A stretch of 64,000 bases of DNA from a bacterium (GTDB taxonomy: Bacteria; UBA8248; JACPRG01; G963555815), in contig OZ244653.1 of assembly GCA_965218795.1 (NCBI GenBank), positions 2,944,001 to 3,008,000 of the forward strand, given 5' to 3'. The translations under genes and the position numbers were made by a program. Shown one piece after another: positions 60,002 through 64,000 of the stretch. The notes under the pieces were generated by a model that saw only the letters and a program-made list of their open reading frames with translations, had not been told where the DNA came from and ran no database searches. Numbering within the stretch: position 1 is the stretch's first letter; each line of letters opens with the position of its first letter.

Positions 60002-60226
60002 CGATTCATGCTCCGATCATTGATGGGTGGGCTTTTCGACAGTGAATGGGAGGATATGAAGACCGTGGTTTGTCTCCGTGCCGTCAATGGTGCCGCGCCG
60101 GTCCTCCAGGTCGTGGCAACCCACGAGCCCGACGTTCTCGGCTGACACGGCAGCGGAAGGTTTGGATAGGTTCACGGAGCGGACCGATATCGTTACGCCG
60201 AAGCGGATCGATGCGGGCCGCGATCG

Positions 60227-60820
60227 TTATCGCCAATCCGGGCCGAGTCGGCTGAGCGGCAGGGGGCAGACCTCGTTCACATCAACGCGGAGCGCCCCGT
60301 TGAATTTTGCGTGATAGTTTTGCATGGAGACGGCGGAGGTCAGGCTCACGATCTCTGCGTCGCGGAAGTGTTTTCGGACTTCCTCGAAGCATTCGTCGTC
60401 CACTTGGAGATGGATATCCGTGATCCGCTCAGCGAATTCGAGCGCCGCCTTTTCCTTTTCGCTGAACAAGGGGCTGCTGCGAAACTCTTGCACGGCCAGG
60501 ACTTTGTCCCGCGCCAGATGACGGCTCTCCCCATTGTCTCCATGCTCATTCAGCCAACTGGCCGAATGGAGATCAATTCAGTGAAGGCAGCCGTTGAGCT
60601 GGGAAACACGGATATTGATCAGGGTTCTCAGGTCCGGCGGAATGGAGGGGTCCGATTCAGTGGCCTGAATCATGCCCATGACCGCTTTCAGGATCTCGGG
60701 CCGATGGGCCCTGGCCTTCGTTGTGGTCAGAACCTTCCCCAGATGTTGCTCTTGCGCATTGTAAACGGACCGGACATCTTCCGGCGTTTCGTTGTACTCC
60801 AAAAGGGGTATGCGAGCCAT
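60227..60820 (-). CDS. AhpD/carboxymuconolactone decarboxylase-like selenoprotein (CxxU)
   Basis: ORFs 60578-60880 and 60227-60493 are in one frame across a TGA in NGCLH-U-IDLH; SECIS-like hairpin follows. Confidence 0.8.
60547..60568 (-). promoter_or_regulatory. bacterial SECIS-like hairpin
   Basis: CAUUCGGCC-AGUU-GGCUGAAUG; GU-containing loop 19 nt after the UGA. Confidence 0.7.
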
Positions 60821-60857
60821 GCCCGTCCTCCTTGATGAATCAATCGGGATCCAACCG

Positions 60858-61439
60858 CTATGATGCTGGAACAGGCTCACCGCGCAGGGAGGCTGCGGCC
60901 TCCTCCAGCGGCACGACTTGGGTTCCGTAGTACCGGCTCATGTATCGCAGGGCGTATTGGTGGTCTTCCTCCGAGGGACAGGAGACCGCCTCTTCCACGA
61001 TGGTCGTTCGATAGCAAAGGCTCCATGCGTCCATCACGGTGTGTTGAACGCACGCATCCGTCCACGTCCCCCCGAAGTAGAGGTCGGTCACCCCCAGTTC
61101 ACGAAGAACCTGGTCCAGGCGCGTTCCCTGGAATCCGCTGTACCGCTTCTTTCGAATTTGGAAATCCCCTGACTGGGGTTCCAGCTCGTCCAAGACCTCG
61201 GCGTCGGGCGTTCCCACGATGCAGTGGGCGCCGAACAGCTTGAAGTGGATGTCGAACTCCACCTCTTCGGGCCAGAAGTTGTCCTTGATGAAAATGACGG
61301 GAACCCCCGCTTCTCTCGCGGCCCGCGCGAGTCCCCGGCAACCTTCAATCAGCTGCTCCGAGTTCAAAGGGGACGGCACCGGTTCGCCCTTGAAGAACCC
61401 CTTGAGCATGTCGACGATGACAACGGCAGACTTTCCCAT
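60858..61439 (-). CDS. isochorismatase-family cysteine hydrolase
   Basis: IVDM, KKRYSGF, GTWTDACV. Confidence 0.92.
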   Translation of the reverse strand: MGKSAVVIVDMLKGFFKGEPVPSPLNSEQLIEGCRGLARAAREAGVPVIFIKDNFWPEEVEFDIHFKLFGAHCIVGTPDAEVLDELEPQSGDFQIRKKRYSGFQGTRLDQVLRELGVTDLYFGGTWTDACVQHTVMDAWSLCYRTTIVEEAVSCPSEEDHQYALRYMSRYYGTQVVPLEEAAASLRGEPVPAS

Positions 61440-61543
61440 CGGACATCTTCCTCCCGTGAGAGAGCGCTCTCAGGCGTGGTCTCGATCCGCGCAATGAAGT
61501 TGAAAGTCGCCTGAACTTGCGTGACCCGCTCTGGACGGGGGAG

Positions 61544-62653
61544 TCAGGAAGTCGCCTGGGGTACGCCCTCGGGTCCCAAACGACTACCGTCCTCCCCGAA
61601 GTAGTATAGATTTTCATGCTGCAGATGGACGCCGACGGTGGAATCCGTTTGTATGTCGCGGTGTCCTTCGATCACCGCGATGAGGTTGTCCTCACTTCCG
61701 TAATCCAAGTACAATAATGTGTCTTTGCCCAGGGGCTCCACCAGAGCGACCTTTGCGCTGAAATCCTCGCCTTCTGTACTCCCCGAATCACCGATGGTCA
61801 TGTGCTCCGGCCGGATCCCGAGGGTGGCCGCTCCCTCCGTGTTCGGGACGGGCCCGGGAAGTCGTGCGTTGAATTCGCCCGCCCGAAAAGAGGCTGCTCC
61901 GTTCTCCCGGCGGAGTTCGCCTTTCAGGAGGTTCATCGGGGGAGAGCCAAAGAAGTCCGCGACAAACAGGTTGATCGGGTCATGGTAAATTTCAAGGGGC
62001 GTGCCCACCTGGTCGATGAATCCGTCCCGCATGACGACGATTCGGTCGGCCAGCGTCATGGCCTCTTCCTGGTCGTGCGTCACGTAAATGAAGGTTTTCT
62101 TCAATCTCTGGTGAAGCCGGTCGATCTCGGCCCGCATTTCTTTGCGCAGCTTGGCGTCGAGGTTGCTCAGGGGCTCATCCAGCAGAAACACCTGGGGTTG
62201 GGTGATGAGCGTTCGCGCGAGCGCGACCCGCTGCGCCTCTCCGCCCGATAGCTGTCCTGGAAGCTTGGGGAGCAGGGGGTGGATGTGGACCATCCGGGCC
62301 ACGTCTTCCACTCTCTTTTTCCGCTCTTCCCCGTCCACTTTGTTCATTTTGGGACCGAAGCCGATGTTGTCGAATACGGACATGTGGGGGAAGAGGGCCA
62401 GGTTCTGGAAAACCAACCCGATATCCCGGGCTCCCGGTTCAAGCTCGTTTACGAGTGTCGGGCCGATGAAAATTTCGCCCCGTGTGGGGTCCTCAAGGCC
62501 AGCGATCATTCGCAGCGTCGTGGTCTTCCCGCACCCCGAGGGGCCGACGAAGACCATGAATTCCCCTTCCCTGATGGTCAGGTTCGTATTCTCAACGGCG
62601 ACCACGCCCCCGCCGAACTCCTTGCGAAGATCTATAAGACGGATGTCACCCAC
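61544..62653 (-). CDS. sugar ABC transporter ATP-binding protein
   Basis: GPSGCGKTT, LSGGEAQR, DEPLSNLD. Confidence 0.94.
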   Translation of the reverse strand: MGDIRLIDLRKEFGGGVVAVENTNLTIREGEFMVFVGPSGCGKTTTLRMIAGLEDPTRGEIFIGPTLVNELEPGARDIGLVFQNLALFPHMSVFDNIGFGPKMNKVDGEERKKRVEDVARMVHIHPLLPKLPGQLSGGEAQRVALARTLITQPQVFLLDEPLSNLDAKLRKEMRAEIDRLHQRLKKTFIYVTHDQEEAMTLADRIVVMRDGFIDQVGTPLEIYHDPINLFVADFFGSPPMNLLKGELRRENGAASFRAGEFNARLPGPVPNTEGAATLGIRPEHMTIGDSGSTEGEDFSAKVALVEPLGKDTLLYLDYGSEDNLIAVIEGHRDIQTDSTVGVHLQHENLYYFGEDGSRLGPEGVPQATS

Positions 62654-62656
62654 GCT

Positions 62657-63541
62657 TTATCGCCTCCGAATCATGCCGAATGAGAACCCGCGGACCAGGT
62701 GCTTGTGGATCAGTAACCCAATAATGACGAGCGGGATGGTCACGCCGATGGAGATGGAGGACTGGAGTCCGTAGAGCCGCCCCTCGCTCGCGCCCTCGAA
62801 CTTGTTGAGCTGGACGGGGAGGGTTTGCGACTCGGCCGCCGTCAGCACCAGGCCCAGGAGGTACTCACTCCACGTCAGAATGAGGATGAACATGCACGTC
62901 GCCACCACCCCTGAGCGGATCAGGGGCACGACGATGGTCCCGAACGCCCGCAGCTTGCTCGCCCCCAGGATCTGCGCGGCCTGCTCCATCTCCTCGGGGA
63001 CCTCGTCGATGAATGACTTGGTCATCCAGGTCGCATACGGAATCGCCGTGATCGTGTAGATGATGATCATCCCGTGCCAAGTGTCCAGCAATTTCAGGGT
63101 TGAATACCAGATCACAAGGGGGATGGCGATCACGATGGGGGGCATCATCCGGAGCATGAGGAGGTTGAACATCCGCTTTTCCGGGAGGATCTTGTAGCGC
63201 GAGACCCCATAGGCCAAAAGGAGTCCGATGGACACGGCAAGGAGAGTTGAAACCCCCGCAATGACAACGCTGTTCCCCATGGCCAGCAGGGGATCGATGC
63301 TGATGGCGGGCAACACGAGGCCCGGGCGGGGGATCATCTGATGTCCCAACCAGCTGATGGCGAAGTTCTCCAGGGTGGGCGGAGTCGGAAACCAAGTGGG
63401 CGGCCAGGTAATCCACTGCTCGGGGAGCTTGAACGCGGTCGTCACCATCCAATAGATCGGAAAGACCGACACGATTAACCACAGGGACAACACAACGTAC
63501 CGTGTGACCGAGAAGAGTGTCTTGCGGGTCTCTCGTTTCAA
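62657..63541 (-). CDS. carbohydrate ABC permease
   Basis: TM helices, EMEQAAQILGA. Confidence 0.92.
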   Translation of the reverse strand: MKRETRKTLFSVTRYVVLSLWLIVSVFPIYWMVTTAFKLPEQWITWPPTWFPTPPTLENFAISWLGHQMIPRPGLVLPAISIDPLLAMGNSVVIAGVSTLLAVSIGLLLAYGVSRYKILPEKRMFNLLMLRMMPPIVIAIPLVIWYSTLKLLDTWHGMIIIYTITAIPYATWMTKSFIDEVPEEMEQAAQILGASKLRAFGTIVVPLIRSGVVATCMFILILTWSEYLLGLVLTAAESQTLPVQLNKFEGASEGRLYGLQSSISIGVTIPLVIIGLLIHKHLVRGFSFGMIRRR

Positions 63542-63544
63542 CGC

Positions 63545-64000
63545 CTAACCTTCCTCACGGGCGAACATAACGTCCAGGGACTGCTTCTGCCTCAACAGGG
63601 TCCGAATGGAGAAGTAGATGATGGTCCCCACCAGGAGGAGGACCACATAACTCATGGCGGCCGCCTTCGAGACGTTCAGGTAATCCCAGGCCGTCAGGAA
63701 GAGGTAGACGGGGATGGTCTCCGTGGCGGTCCCCGGGCCCCCTTGGGTCAGGGTCCAGACTTTGGGGAACTCGGCCAGGGCTTCCAGGAATCTCAGGATG
63801 ATTGCCAAAATCAGGACCGGTTTCAGCAAGGGCAGCGTCACGTGCGTGAAGATCTGCCAACGGCTGGCCCCCAGCACCTGTGCGGCCTCGACAGGCTCCT
63901 TCGGCATGCTCACCAAGCCGGCCAGCATGATGATCATGACAAAGGGGGTCCAGTTCCACGTCTCGATGAGGACCATGGTGGCGAAGGCCCCGGTGGGGTC
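63545..64000 (-). CDS. carbohydrate ABC permease (5' partial)
   Basis: ETWNWTPF, EPVEAAQVLGA. Confidence 0.9.
   Translation of the reverse strand, partial: DPTGAFATMVLIETWNWTPFVMIIMLAGLVSMPKEPVEAAQVLGASRWQIFTHVTLPLLKPVLILAIILRFLEALAEFPKVWTLTQGGPGTATETIPVYLFLTAWDYLNVSKAAAMSYVVLLLVGTIIYFSIRTLLRQKQSLDVMFAREEG

Overview
A GC-rich bacterial window, apparently from a host-associated, possibly sponge-symbiont-like genome (inferred from the secreted ankyrin protein, tandem integrases and many gene remnants). Bases 1-11.7 kb are a nested mobile island. It holds two inverted IS3/IS407 copies bracketing low-GC cargo (a TIGR04255-like gene, an unknown gene, an ADP-ribosyltransferase-like gene and a GIY-YIG remnant), an IS1-family remnant, three promoter/short-RNA/terminator units antisense to gene leaders, and a tandem pair of tyrosine integrases between IS3 remnants. 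The rest is mostly catabolic and transport genes, often as tandem paralog pairs (Rieske oxygenases, luciferase-like monooxygenases, SDRs), with two sugar ABC systems. Housekeeping genes include pgeF/yfiH, msrB, sfsA, dnaN, an mltD-like gene and lexA. REP-like palindromes and an IS30 element are also present. The best leads are the three-gene TIGR04255/ART operon with an antisense leader RNA, a 14-codon sORF plus structured RNA upstream of lexA, and an AhpD-like CxxU selenoprotein with a SECIS-like hairpin. Several single-base frameshifts may be assembly errors. All family calls come from motif recognition by eye; no database searches were run.
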